Source of the DNA: Victivallales bacterium
GTDB lineage: Bacteria > Verrucomicrobiota > Lentisphaeria > Victivallales > UBA1829
Reading direction: 5' to 3'
Length of the DNA stretch: 64,000 bases
Assembly: GCA_045114235.1 (NCBI GenBank)
Contig: JBGUKB010000078.1
Coordinates: 1,200-65,199, forward strand
Positions 15,001-19,682 of this stretch are shown one piece after another. The notes below the pieces were generated by a model. It did no database searches, had not been told where the DNA came from, and worked only from the letters and a program-made list of their open reading frames with translations. A program made the position numbers and the translations under genes. Each line of letters begins with the position of its first letter. Position 1 is the stretch's first letter.

Positions 15001-15623
15001 TTCGCGAGACTATCGGGATTGTTCTCGTTGTTGAGCTTGCCACTGTGAATGTGGAAGTCGCCGTTGGTCACGGCCGTATTCGTCACGGAGAACTTGATGT
15101 CGCCCCGGATCGTGCCGTACTGCTGGTAGGTCGTGCCGCCGCCGATCGTCAGGGAGTTGATCGTGGAACCTTCGACGTTGACGTCGACAAGCCCCTCGAT
15201 GACGATGTCGTTGCGGAGAGACGCGGGAGCCAGCGTATTGCGGACCAGCGAGTTCACCAGCGTGATCTTGATGCCGTTGCTGTACGTGCCCGCGGATTTC
15301 TTGGTGCCATACAGGTAGTTGCAGGACGCGCCGGACAGATAGAGGCCGTAGGTCCCGTCGCTGTAGAAGCTGTCGTTGTCGACGTTGTAGTTCGAGAGGT
15401 ACATGGTGGCGCCTTCGGCAGCGTAAATGGTCTGGCCGCCGAGCGTGATCCACTTCTTGGAAGTACCGGGATTGACGGCGTTCGCACCGTCCGTCACGTC
15501 GCCACCACTGGCGCCGTAAGTTAGCTTTTCCCCAGTGATCGAACTGGTACCGCCCAGCGCGTCGATCGCTTCCTGGGATGTATACGCCGGATCGACGTAC
15601 ACATTGCCTTGTGCTCTTGCCAT
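1..15623 (-). CDS. Giant repetitive surface/adhesin-like protein. The 5' end is complete and the 3' end is cut by the window edge (>5,200 codons). Contains beta-helix-type modules, tandem ~180-aa modules and FG-GAP-like blades
   Basis: ATG at 15623 with AAGGAG at 15632-15637 (8-nt spacer). Hand translation gives MARAQGNVYVDPAYTSQEAIDALGG...WITLGGQTIYAAEG at the N-terminus. Near position 1 it gives ...YDMNANGKADSVLVG...GDFTGSGKDSVVMSYAGGQVFYTVGIDGAATHLTNSDLGW. The track lists no minus ORF in this frame (end mod 3 = 2), which fits a frame with no stop inside the window. The three big plus ORFs are the codon-aligned antisense frame. Confidence 0.8.
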   Translation of the reverse strand, partial: MARAQGNVYVDPAYTSQEAIDALGGTSSITGEKLTYGASGGDVTDGANAVNPGTSKKWITLGGQTIYAAEGATMYLSNYNVDNDSFYSDGTYGLYLSGASCNYLYGTKKSAGTYSNGIKITLVNSLVRNTLAPASLRNDIVIEGLVDVNVEGSTINSLTIGGGTTYQQYGTIRGDIKFSVTNTAVTNGDFHIHSGKLNNENNPDSLANVIGTVSNVTVSGSFRGVQTDSGQGNKTVAANYNVVISGSSVGGDINIGYFNNPGDWTGSYKLTVAGSVAANIRGNGNGDAPEVDTFDLILGASDIQTVTGTIDRFKNVTVNAGAKVRANSITVADGGKLSIALGSTVNVASLANISTIYVIGDLSEPDTVLVSGLSDTGISDDLAIVVGDHEYTKGIFPGYYELSGDKLVLHNATSTVLLVNSNYADDQPTELGPKGYVSVASAQAHVTDKATTTIMVYGDDTSVEPTTFDADVVTKDYVTSFSGSDVHNIDLNGKDIVLGDTAADVASANFSATYTNNINAIKVGNVTGAAKLSIDYSGDEDVAGIGTIDLTGAAVGAADISIGNSVIGDVKLADQEGFAGTVTIKSSTIGNVYGGASKATNDLTGGNMIGNVYAEGQGTSIKLAGSTVGNYVAGLSSAAADRDKLVYSDAVVASNLIIADATVEGEGEEAVITGVANKVGAIEASITGGAGKLVVGASNNTIGTVDMTLAGGLFSDVSIGNGANITGAVDVTLKGGTVAQRSNGTFYGLIYGASVTGALDGGTKGTARILNVEGNAKVGSVENFTALNVTGGTLNVSNGTDKSEVSLENTLIINGDILNRRGINAGVISAANLDNYGVLGTYRNLAEPNNVTLLLVGNLNNYDFVMTSAAIIGGNFFNDGRITALGDISVGGTFKNEGDLFFRATSRDGVFTQNGGLILNNANLVNTGFISAGSLTGVKDLTTSQLYVTGGAVIDGNITINADSEVAFTNKAKPELENALTLSGSIYMSDTSNLVVSGNLTTSGTKTITVNVGGLTGANEIVRAEGGVNDWTIKLEGAKAGLYEYVKTETSVTIYSLDELYVNTSFSADKKIVVDGDTLVFGKNAFASVADAVAAAKAGAKIVITGDNTGMDVVAAGFDVEIEDSVVGSVTAKTIYIDDDSTIDTIASASTLTIDADAVLTLTGTMPAETKIVIDAEEGSGSTLVLDVDPTKVTLDASTVTIITPTGKKSYAAKVLTGEAVHAGDLYLVTADRVYFRKDQSAFVDGDTVDAATGDALFAGVNVFATKDEAIAAAQADNGMLVLVGFTTNDGQRGSAVIDTALEFNGGSSGLYGTEGDRFVSDNDHTTVLVGTNVTTSIYGLNKAYTMNGNFTFNATNTNGGALYITGNTYTSVIDGDINASIVGSTFTSVYIGYGDFGTKEEDPIDINLTVEDSYLGRFYGINMSGSTPTKINANINVEVYDSTVGEHFYVIHTADWVANSGANIYQSTFTAGSVTVTMGGSSVTNTLRPGDSLTHGANALQVFNAPTTLHIVATEKSAVTRASWVMEWDTLIIDADARLELSNNLQFTTAYRGENLSTDVLDNAGTPINIYVNMSGYEGGTHTVITAGEIYTDEAMSSISVIGDNDLTGQCEIIVSGFRHVTANNSDRWVVSRIGVFDKTDDMYVNDTYTDDISGQTVGGKELFFGGNAHASFEKPLIYASEWGGTIVVTGGTYEAQNFNGNNVDVKSGVEFGTVTMGDRKASTLTVAAGAVIGSADGSGKSTMNVKGNAILGDVANFADVQVAKGAVVDFGDVSGSGISMFADNVITADSLNFSDAVITIDATNYLGSSHVVISTTDGITGDVGKIQILGNEGGEYSVFKTADGKEIVLKSTIPTNTFLNADYSEATTGTYLADGTYLEFGFNAFNTAADAVANLGNPVDDYTVTVTGGTLADEIHLNGANFAMEGGKVEGYIYGVDKTDASGMSITIDAGSVGGIALTAGEGVYSVTKAAITLGDNVTVDGVIAGADDTVLLLEGSSKVGGIEGVKLLTVSTASFLDSGYIDLSGGTIYLTGAAVATEEGTNLRKVISTTAGISGVTQYACDPGVTVYASGKEVFLMDLTRIYFDPTFTEEITGTTMFNGDVLQWGSNAFSDLNTAMGKVITGGTLYVTNYNEGLVNPSNTSALNLYVVGGTVSRLHPINRNRAPNDTHIYTPVTITIDGSLLPISPDENGQNNNADNSNFNDILGRGNTWERVNTSLSYHAPITITLENGRNDSNLRFFGQWATLQSTLSLTFKNWDIRGDLKPIFGDARAGTRDSGTGIGDPEVHPVLDVTFDNVTFGGGAKWIGLAQVTNWGQFDSISLTIKNSTIMPGTGGNNARIAAFGDGNNDRHSDASPIFFTVENSHVNALLSASGLTNNSVGGGNYATLIIKGSSNFIQWANWFQELDMNVDTFLSGGTITFRDSGIVKVDAKGYTGASKVLVSLSNGFANDAAGIELNLEQDAAKYQLLAGKKGLVIWDNDSVADLYYNPGYTSNDVVVGQIAPTGEAMALTVLDGEEVVVKGNAYGEEEGYDELVGFEAAKAALKAGNALYITGGTFGSSEELDPLYGTIADQDSTAFVNLVVSDGLFAGITIAEEGKTVSGNANLELAGGTFGFQYTDESVEPAVTGFTGGDIVGSKDSVTGGTSGLTISGAVNVRGNVTDFDKLTVTANATISGDLSVTALEIDCNDTLTVNGALDLKSIHLASAEYTGPSKLVLKAEGLADLDMKTITITADGDDKYYYNGKDELWLVSTDPGNVYLCSSFTEDVYGLSYNGDLLVYGVNAFKTMEEAIAHTTSDYTLYVLDGNFSGTYDLTSIGQVNLQIDGGSFGGFVIGDGADADHRSTVRITASTSAVTIGSLAGVAGSTVGYRVIANDVAGSKATSIATMDGIQYFRFRAGNNVNVSTGISYIEKGGELVVNMDGYKGGAGNLLAPANGIANFIQPVSGQTFSRTQVGAQNNADRLMPYYDETKKALVAVERGEFAFLDANATADRNGEVVSIDGKTATIVYGYNMSEWNVNAARYAVTGGTLFADGGTAGAFYYFFTAAPINVNVTGITTGGFVAGYNDDSTEKFRDGDFTAVITASTLTWFAAIAGQGNDSAHQEMVVGNWNAQTESYDDTAWNITISKGTHDTNDFRIARYANLSGGTVNVTVADYDLRGDLMLFDRVFNGKAEGQEDVQLKEVNVTLSNVNAPAAKWIQVWEPQEANNTYLTLTVTDSTFTGDTMAIGLFGSDTTGSWSGEADVYISGVTMADGNLNGGRGQTDGGLNNISGVRRLHVTGGTSQIRRVREFNSIEIAEGALLTGSTISMSEGEGFILRGTKDSDVATFAVVGTTINAPAEGVEIAAKYVDAAGEEIEGFKAVVGSTSVFVYRPGLDVFYGNDYGEATTGVSVVEEDGTNNYLVFGDNAVDTMKKAYAAVDDGRVNAKIQVMSASGSLYTFGYTTVVNGGEISNVVGGTNASVTMVNVGTDEAPEWVEQFNPAPDVASVDITINKGATVTNVIVAGGTFSKVTGDAAVTIADGVSIGGTVNGGEEDVTGISTLYFDGNATVKNVTGFDNVVLDANSLVNLTSFNGAAITIDASNFAEFTKKVLVVEGGFGDVKPAVSVIGAGFGYEFLDDGKTLLVTSDLVGNAYANADWTEADVHDKFIGDMALVWNKNAFSSVASAAAAVGKGSTLYIEGGTSAEAVTLTKGNDVIVSANTSGTAIGALAGDGGTLTVNTDFSVASISGFSALTAKAGTLTVAGGIEQAAGTTITIDMTGYVQAASDAVVLSTGTGIANFTDDDIVLTGEGSGAFHAYYSHIDNSIHAMRVDNFYVDIAFGTAGEGIVEGQTNSITGETLLWGVNAFYSLTEAVNKMSNGMGLYVNGRPGYDVSTQGKIANLYLTDSTVPVLINGYTNDDMIYFGDVEVNIENSTFITGATSYFLGTVTGTYDQGDGPWNHPNRIIGSATFNVTGSTMGSASGNQTLIGYNLTYIEGTELAPSLVTFNFTDSTIYDDIVFIGDSPVGKTDVVEIAGETVTFLGADVVINLNNVETPADKWWRIQDGDQSSQGTITVNIKDSTFGDGRNTMRLALDNNWGTGWDTHAPNSNSDFIFNLEDVDFKGYLLAGRLDYNSTRDAELTSFTGKKVLNVSGDVNVNYTYWFREMNLASDAYFTGTTLRMATTEAKINIDVTGYTGASKVFIDMATTVTKTVDPDSGEETVTVTGGFENITEAGISVIGLEEGSPYSLVFGYETAGETPVLNAVVLKGAVKDIYVNSDYTAETVKVGASYDGEALFYGENAFGSATEAIPALTADDAVLYVTGGKVTTSALKSNSISIDATAQLNYNGSDVITINGSLVNDGKFMISAAPFVDGTTTDILVLTATAIFGDGSFITDDSAYTINVVGNEVHLNMKKLDVFVNALWEGEEAGSVVEVPGGTAIIGSDAFATADAAAAAVSANGSITILASDVQFSNPIVRTVTATADSTVEGSEGNGLAIGTGTAVGSLTLQSGAVAVNANVRGKGVLTVESGAKVTGGLGMLTGAAVSFAEGSILDFDISAQSAGASASVTNYSILTGAPTITITIAADQADGTYALATEAASFSSNAVLQTSAGKIGDLVFGQKVQIDGIDYTLALDDNNVLSLTKEVFVAPITVTYANSEWTGAKAGDVVATGATFGYNAFLTGDEAYDTVVDYGEVKVLGGTASFTKDIAKTLTVNAEATIAGNAVFTTNVTINGTVAFDTQYAANGAQFGGFQYVTGDTKYTLTAAAVAGTWTLASDATGFASDIAFGNTTLKLGEAAIIGDFSYTVSLVDTNGDLILTVAAYVPPTPETPEVTYANSEWSNKQAGDTVTVGTKTATIGYDAFATLAGAIAGTTDDGKVFVVGGEVSFADGYSKTITVEAPATVVGKATFDTAITINGTVAFDTANATAEAAQFNGFSKVFGTTSYTLSVATAAAGTYLLASDAATFNSDVLFGNYTLKVGAEATVIGDFTYALAITDNSDLALTIAEKPVPPTPTYIAKSDVNANGISDVMFQYTGGQGQIGFWLDGTSTWQSTNATHPVDTWEVLGAYDMNANGKADSVLVGNVEVSGIKGAFIGYYLDAMDTDDNWVNISYLTNNEGYVWKNKVGNMTGNEGKNSILWHSTELGALGVWTDGTDNWVSLGAGYDANWEMIGCGDFTGSGKDSVVMSYAGGQVFYTVGIDGAATHLTNSDLGW

Positions 15624-15653
15624 AGCTTTTTCTCCTTGGTTGTTAAGCTAGGT

Positions 15654-15983
15654 TTACAAGTTTGTTGCGAGATTGATACTTTTTGTGTTTGGTTTGCCTT
15701 TCTCTTTCTGGGTTGTGTTTGGGGTTTCCTTTCGGGTTGTTGGTTGAGTTTGAATGCGGGATGAGAAAAAAATCGTTCTGGTTAAGCTCGAACTCGCGGA
15801 TTCCGGTTCCGCCTGAACGGAGCCGGGGTCCGCCGGGGAGGTCTCCCTGCACACGGCGTCCCGTTTCCAGCGAAGCGCCCGGACGAGGCGGCGTTCCGGC
15901 ACAACGCGGGCGCACGCGAAAAAGCGCGGAGCATCAGCCCCGGCGCGGCTCGCCGTTTCCGCCTGTTTCCAGTTCGTCGTCAT
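15654..15983 (-). CDS. Hypothetical 109-aa upstream ORF, same frame as the giant gene and separated from it by TAA and TAG
   Basis: ATG at 15983 preceded by GCAGGAGGCAAAACG (AGGAGG, 7-nt spacer). The first ~60 codons are GC3-rich like real genes. The C-terminal half is low-complexity (A/C-rich DNA). No recognisable family. Confidence 0.25.
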   Translation of the reverse strand: MTTNWKQAETASRAGADAPRFFACARVVPERRLVRALRWKRDAVCRETSPADPGSVQAEPESASSSLTRTIFFSSRIQTQPTTRKETPNTTQKEKGKPNTKSINLATNL

Positions 15984-16507
15984 CGTTTTGCCTCCTGCGG
16001 TTTCCCGCGGTCGTTCCGTTCGCTTCTCCGGCTCCGGGGTTCGGTTCCCGGAGCCGCTTCTCCGAACCGCCTGTGCGGCTCTTCGATCGAGTTCAAGTCA
16101 GTGAAAATCGTATCCGTTTGCCTGAATCCGGTTCAGGCGCCGCCTGCGCGGCATCCATCGTTCCGTCCGGCGTCTTTTCCGTCCGTCTCCGCCCTGCCTC
16201 ACCCGGCTTCCGCCGAGTTCAGTTCAAGTTCGGATGGCCGGCCTTCCGCCGTCCGGGGTTCCCGGCTTACCACCCGGTCCCGGCCTCCTGTTCCGCTCGT
16301 CTGCTGTTCGTTTCGTTCATGGTTCGTATCTCGTTTCGGTTTGTTCGTTCGTTTCTGTTCAACTCTGCCCTGTGCCGTCCTGTGCCGTTCGTCCTGTCCG
16401 TTTCCGTCCGTTCTTCCGTTCGTTGTTTCCGTCTTGTATCCTGTTCGATTTTTTGAGCTTGTTTCTTGTGTTTTGCCCGCTCACAGGCGTTTTATTTATA
16501 TATTTCT
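15984..16507 (-). other. Long untranslated leader or ncRNA-like region, strongly T(U)-depleted on the minus strand and GGA-rich
   Basis: The plus strand is almost free of A (about 11 A in 16261-16500). About 30 GGA triplets occur on the minus strand in ~460 nt, clustered as ACGGA/CAGGA. No credible ORF. All three plus frames are open only because stop codons need A. Confidence 0.4.
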
Positions 16508-16514
16508 CGCGTAT

Positions 16515-16542
16515 ATTATACACGATATACAGCGAAATTCAA
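16515..16542 (-). promoter_or_regulatory. Candidate sigma70-type promoter for the leader and giant gene (TTGAAT-N16-TATAAT)
   Basis: Minus strand TTGAAT (16542-16537), 16-nt spacer, perfect TATAAT (16520-16515). It sits at the edge of the AT-rich intergenic block. Confidence 0.3.
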
Positions 16543-16785
16543 ATGTACTTTTTGTCGAAAAACATGTCTTTTTTAGAAATAATCGCTTTATGCTTAAAAA
16601 ATCCGAAAAGGCGGCGCAATTACGGGAAGACCTTTCCGCATGATTCGAAAACGCCGTGAGACGTGCTTTCGGGACACGGCGCATACCACCGGTCCTGCAA
16701 GGTGGCAAAGCGACATCCGAGACAACATCCCGGATGGGCATAAAAACGCCCGCAAAAGAACCCCCCGAAAACGGCGAAGAACAGG

Positions 16786-16816
16786 ATAAGACTTATAGGT
16801 CATATAAGACTTATAG
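16786..16816. repeat. Tandem direct repeat ATAAGACTTATAG x2 (period 18 nt). Each copy contains the palindrome ATAAG-A-CTTAT. Operator-like
   Basis: Exact 13-nt copies at 16786-16798 and 16804-16816, separated by GTCAT, in the AT-rich divergent intergenic region. Confidence 0.6.
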
Positions 16817-17325
16817 TTTTATTTTGTTTCGCGATTTTCATTCTGTGTTTTGCAAAGAAGATAATAGCAGTTTTTTTACAAAAAGAACAACAGTTTAATA
16901 TCGGCACAAAGAATGCACAAACAAGACGAACGAAAATTAACAAATCATACAACCGGAAACCATCTGTTTTTCATGCAAAAGACACTACATGAAACGAAAC
17001 AAAACTTTTCTACATTGTTTTGCTTTTAGTCATACTCTTTTTTTCGTGATTCCGTTTTATGATGACCGGATCATGGATCGGACGACACGAAACATGCTTT
17101 CCCCGGCTGATTTACCGATCGTCACGCGCCTTCGCGGCTGGCATCGCGCGAACAAATACTACATAAAAAAAAGCATAAAATACATTTCTTTTTTATAAGC
17201 GAGGTGATATATTATTTGGATTGCAGCACGCGGCCCTGTTCATTTCGAGCACGATTCGAACGGCCGCGGCACAGACTTGAACAAGCTTCCCATAACACTA
17301 TCAACCCCGAACAGGAGACAACATC

Positions 17326-18759
17326 ATGAAGTTCTTCCGTATGATGAAGGGCCTTATGCCGATCCTCGCGGCGGCCGCCACGACCGCCTGCGCACAAACG
17401 ACCGCGGAATCGCAGTTCGACCAGAACGTCGTCAAAATCCCCGCCGACAAGCAGAAATTCCACATCTTCCTGCTGACCGGCCAGTCCAACATGGAAGGCG
17501 CGGGCTATCCCGTCCTGCCGGAATACCTGACCGGCACGACGCAGGTGCTCGAGCTGAACGACCAGATGGAGTGGGTGAAGAACGTCGCTCCGTACGGACG
17601 CGGCTACGGCCCGGGCGAATCCTTCGCGCTGCACTATGCGAAACTGCATCCGGACGTGACGGTCGGCCTGATCCACGCGGCCCGCGGCGGACGCAGCATG
17701 CGTGAACTGAGCAAGGGCGGCCGCGACAACACCGACCGCGCGCCGAACTACGACAACCTCATCAAGAAGATCAAATTCGCGCAGGAACAGGGCGAGGTCA
17801 AGGCGATGCTCTGGCACCAGGGCGAATCCGACACCGGCAACCGCAACTACATCAACGAGCTCAACAAGCTCGTGACCGACGTCCGCACGGACATCGGGAT
17901 CGCCGACCTGCCGCTCTTCGTGGGCGAGCTCGGCCGTTACGTGAACTGGACCGACGGCTTCAACCGGATGATCCAGGACGTCGAGTCCAAGATCGAAAAC
18001 TGCAAGCTCATCAGCTCTCAGGGCCTGATGCACCGCGGTGACGAGCTCCACATCTCCGGCTACTCCGTCAATACCTTCGGCTGCCGTTACCTCGACGCCT
18101 ACCTGAAGATGCGCGAGCCCGAGACCGCGAAGAAATTCGCGCCGCTCCTCGCCGAAATCGAAAAGAAAATGGCGGAATACGACGCCCGCTGGGTCACCGT
18201 CGAAAACGGCGACATGACGATGGGCGAAGACCGTCCGCTCGGCTGGGAAGCCCGCCGCTGGGACCCCATCCGCATCAATCCCCACCGCGACACCGAAGTT
18301 TACGCCTCCGCACCCGCCTCGCTGCGCATTGAAAACCTTGATCCGGCGACCGCCCTTCCCTCGGTCCAGGAAATTTCGACGGCTCCCGGCGCGGACGGCA
18401 TCGGCACCTGGATCCGCGACGTGGCAGGCACGCACGTGAAGGTCTCCTGCAAGGTGAAGAACGAAGGCTACAGCAAGGTCACGATCCGCATCCGCGGCGA
18501 AAACTCCGGATTCCAGCGCTGCCTCGACCTCCAGCTCTTCGACGCCACCGACGCCAAGGAATGGACCAGCTACTCCGGCGAATTCGACATCCCGGCGCAG
18601 GCCATCCGCGACCGCATCGGCATCCTGGTCGAAGGCAAAGGCAAGGCATGGCTCGACGACGTCGTGATCGAAAAGGTCAAGAACGGGCAGACCATCCCCG
18701 ACACCAAGATCGACGTCGAGTATGAGAAGAAGATGAACGAAAGCTTCTCCAAGCTTTAA
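17326..18759 (+). CDS. SASA/SGNH-type carbohydrate (sialate-like) O-acetylesterase with a C-terminal carbohydrate-binding-like domain. Secreted or lipoprotein
   Basis: GQSNMEG motif, WHQGESD, signal peptide MKFFRMMKGLMPILAAAATTAC, RBS CAGGAGA upstream. The minus ORF 17212-18849 is its shadow. Confidence 0.8.
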   Translation: MKFFRMMKGLMPILAAAATTACAQTTAESQFDQNVVKIPADKQKFHIFLLTGQSNMEGAGYPVLPEYLTGTTQVLELNDQMEWVKNVAPYGRGYGPGESFALHYAKLHPDVTVGLIHAARGGRSMRELSKGGRDNTDRAPNYDNLIKKIKFAQEQGEVKAMLWHQGESDTGNRNYINELNKLVTDVRTDIGIADLPLFVGELGRYVNWTDGFNRMIQDVESKIENCKLISSQGLMHRGDELHISGYSVNTFGCRYLDAYLKMREPETAKKFAPLLAEIEKKMAEYDARWVTVENGDMTMGEDRPLGWEARRWDPIRINPHRDTEVYASAPASLRIENLDPATALPSVQEISTAPGADGIGTWIRDVAGTHVKVSCKVKNEGYSKVTIRIRGENSGFQRCLDLQLFDATDAKEWTSYSGEFDIPAQAIRDRIGILVEGKGKAWLDDVVIEKVKNGQTIPDTKIDVEYEKKMNESFSKL

Positions 18760-18895
18760 GGAGGACAAGTCCTCCACTGCAGTAGTGCGCGGCTCTGCTC
18801 GCGCACACTGTAAGCAGTGACGAAACAGTGCCGGGCTCCGCTCCGGCACACTGCAAGCAGTGACGAAGCAGTGCCCGGCTCCGCTCGGGCACAGA
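18760..18895 (+). repeat. 3'-end multi-hairpin repeat element (family copy 1): hairpin A plus three tandem ~43-nt C/B hairpin units
   Basis: Starts 1 nt after the TAA stop. Hairpin A is GGAGGAC-AA-GTCCTCC. Then come GTGCGCG-GCTCTGCT-CGCGCAC, GTGCCGG-GCTCCGCT-CCGGCAC and GTGCCCG-GCTCCGCT-CGGGCAC, interleaved with CACTG-YAAG-CAGTG. Confidence 0.7.
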
Positions 18896-18917
18896 ATGAC
18901 ACCAAATACAATATAGG

Positions 18918-18955
18918 CTGCGGACGCCGCAACAAGCTCCGCGGCTTTTTCTTTT
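18918..18955 (+). terminator. Rho-independent terminator
   Basis: GCTGCGGA ... TCCGCGGC stem (one G.U pair) followed by TTTTTCTTTT. Confidence 0.6.
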
Positions 18956-18969
18956 CCTTAAGTCCTTAT

Positions 18970-19647
18970 ATGATCCCCGGCAACGATCCCACGAAAAAGA
19001 AGAAACGGTCGCGCGTCCGCAGGCTCCTGCCGATCGCGGGCGGCGTCCTCGTGCTGTGCGCCATTCTCTGCGGCATCGTCCTGTTCGCCGCCGATCGTCG
19101 CATCGAACGCTGCGCCGCCGGACGCGTCTACGATGACGTCGAAGCCGTCCCCGTCCGCGAATACGGCCTGCTGCCCGGCACGTCGCGGCTGGTGCACGGG
19201 AAATACCTCAACACGTATTTCTTCAACCGGATCCACGCCGCGGTCGAACTCTACCGCGCGGGCAAGATCCGCAAGATCATCGTGTCGGGCGACAACGGCC
19301 GCGCGGACTACAACGAGACGGGCGACATGGCGCGTGAGCTGGTCGCGGAGGGTGTGGCTCCGGAGGACGTGCTGTCCGACTACGCCGGATTCCGCACGCT
19401 GGATTCGGTCGTGCGCGCCCGGAATCTCTTCGGCGCGTCCGAGATCACGGTCATTTCCCAGAGATTCCACTGCGAACGCGCGATCTACCTGGCGTCGCGG
19501 CACGGCATCGACGCGGTCGGGTTCGAGGCGGACGAAGTCGCGCCGCGGTCGGTCATGATCCGGCTAACCGTCCGGGAGGCGTTCGCGCGCGTGCTGGCGG
19601 TCCTCGACGCGGAGGTCCTGAAGACGAAGCCGCATTTCGAATACTGA
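18970..19647 (+). CDS. sanA: SanA / DUF218 family inner-membrane protein
   Basis: Strong similarity to E. coli SanA (DYAGFRTLDSVVRARNLF, ISQRFHCERAIYLA) with an N-terminal TM helix. The track start at 18817 lies inside the repeat element, so the internal ATG at 18970 was chosen. Confidence 0.85.
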   Translation: MIPGNDPTKKKKRSRVRRLLPIAGGVLVLCAILCGIVLFAADRRIERCAAGRVYDDVEAVPVREYGLLPGTSRLVHGKYLNTYFFNRIHAAVELYRAGKIRKIIVSGDNGRADYNETGDMARELVAEGVAPEDVLSDYAGFRTLDSVVRARNLFGASEITVISQRFHCERAIYLASRHGIDAVGFEADEVAPRSVMIRLTVREAFARVLAVLDAEVLKTKPHFEY

Positions 19648-19682
19648 TCCGGCGCATTTTCGCAAAAAGATTCGTTTCGAGC

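Noticed and set aside
27-15524. Three very large plus-strand ORFs (27-7370, 7503-11948, 11958-15524; 2447, 1481 and 1188 aa)
   Set aside because: They sit in the codon-aligned antisense frame of the minus-strand giant gene. Their composition is V/D/G/A/R/H-rich nonsense. Stops occur only where the sense strand has CTA. There is no RBS or start context. The sense strand gives protein-like repeats and has a proper SD and ATG at 15623.
15683-16659. Overlapping plus-strand ORFs 15683-16456, 16101-16643 and 16234-16659
   Set aside because: All three frames are open simultaneously only because the plus strand is nearly A-free, and stop codons need A. The translations are P/S/F/R/V low-complexity sequence, with no RBS.
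16480-17325. Small ORFs in the AT-rich intergenic block (16496-16741, 16594-16803, 16656-16898, 16989-17198), and the possibility of an invertible promoter or a tRNA
   Set aside because: The ORFs have atypical low-GC codon usage, no RBS and no homology. No long flanking inverted repeats or cloverleaf-compatible sequence were found by eye.
17212-18849. Minus ORF of 545 aa opposite the esterase gene. The same pattern holds for 19739-22441(-), 20179-22053(+), 22519-24774(+), 25129-26541(+), 26844-28490(-), 28496-30175(-), 33005-34606(-), 38041-40737(+), 41056-42969(+), 41417-43201(-), 44192-45436(+), 46515-48437(+), 49290-51050(+), 51244-53751(-), 53761-56781(-), 57059-58714(-), 59673-61403(+) and 60019-61305(-)
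   Set aside because: These are shadow or off-frame ORFs typical of GC-rich DNA. In each case the opposite or alternative frame encodes a protein with clear family motifs, while these translate to R/G/A/D/H/E-rich sequence without recognisable domains.
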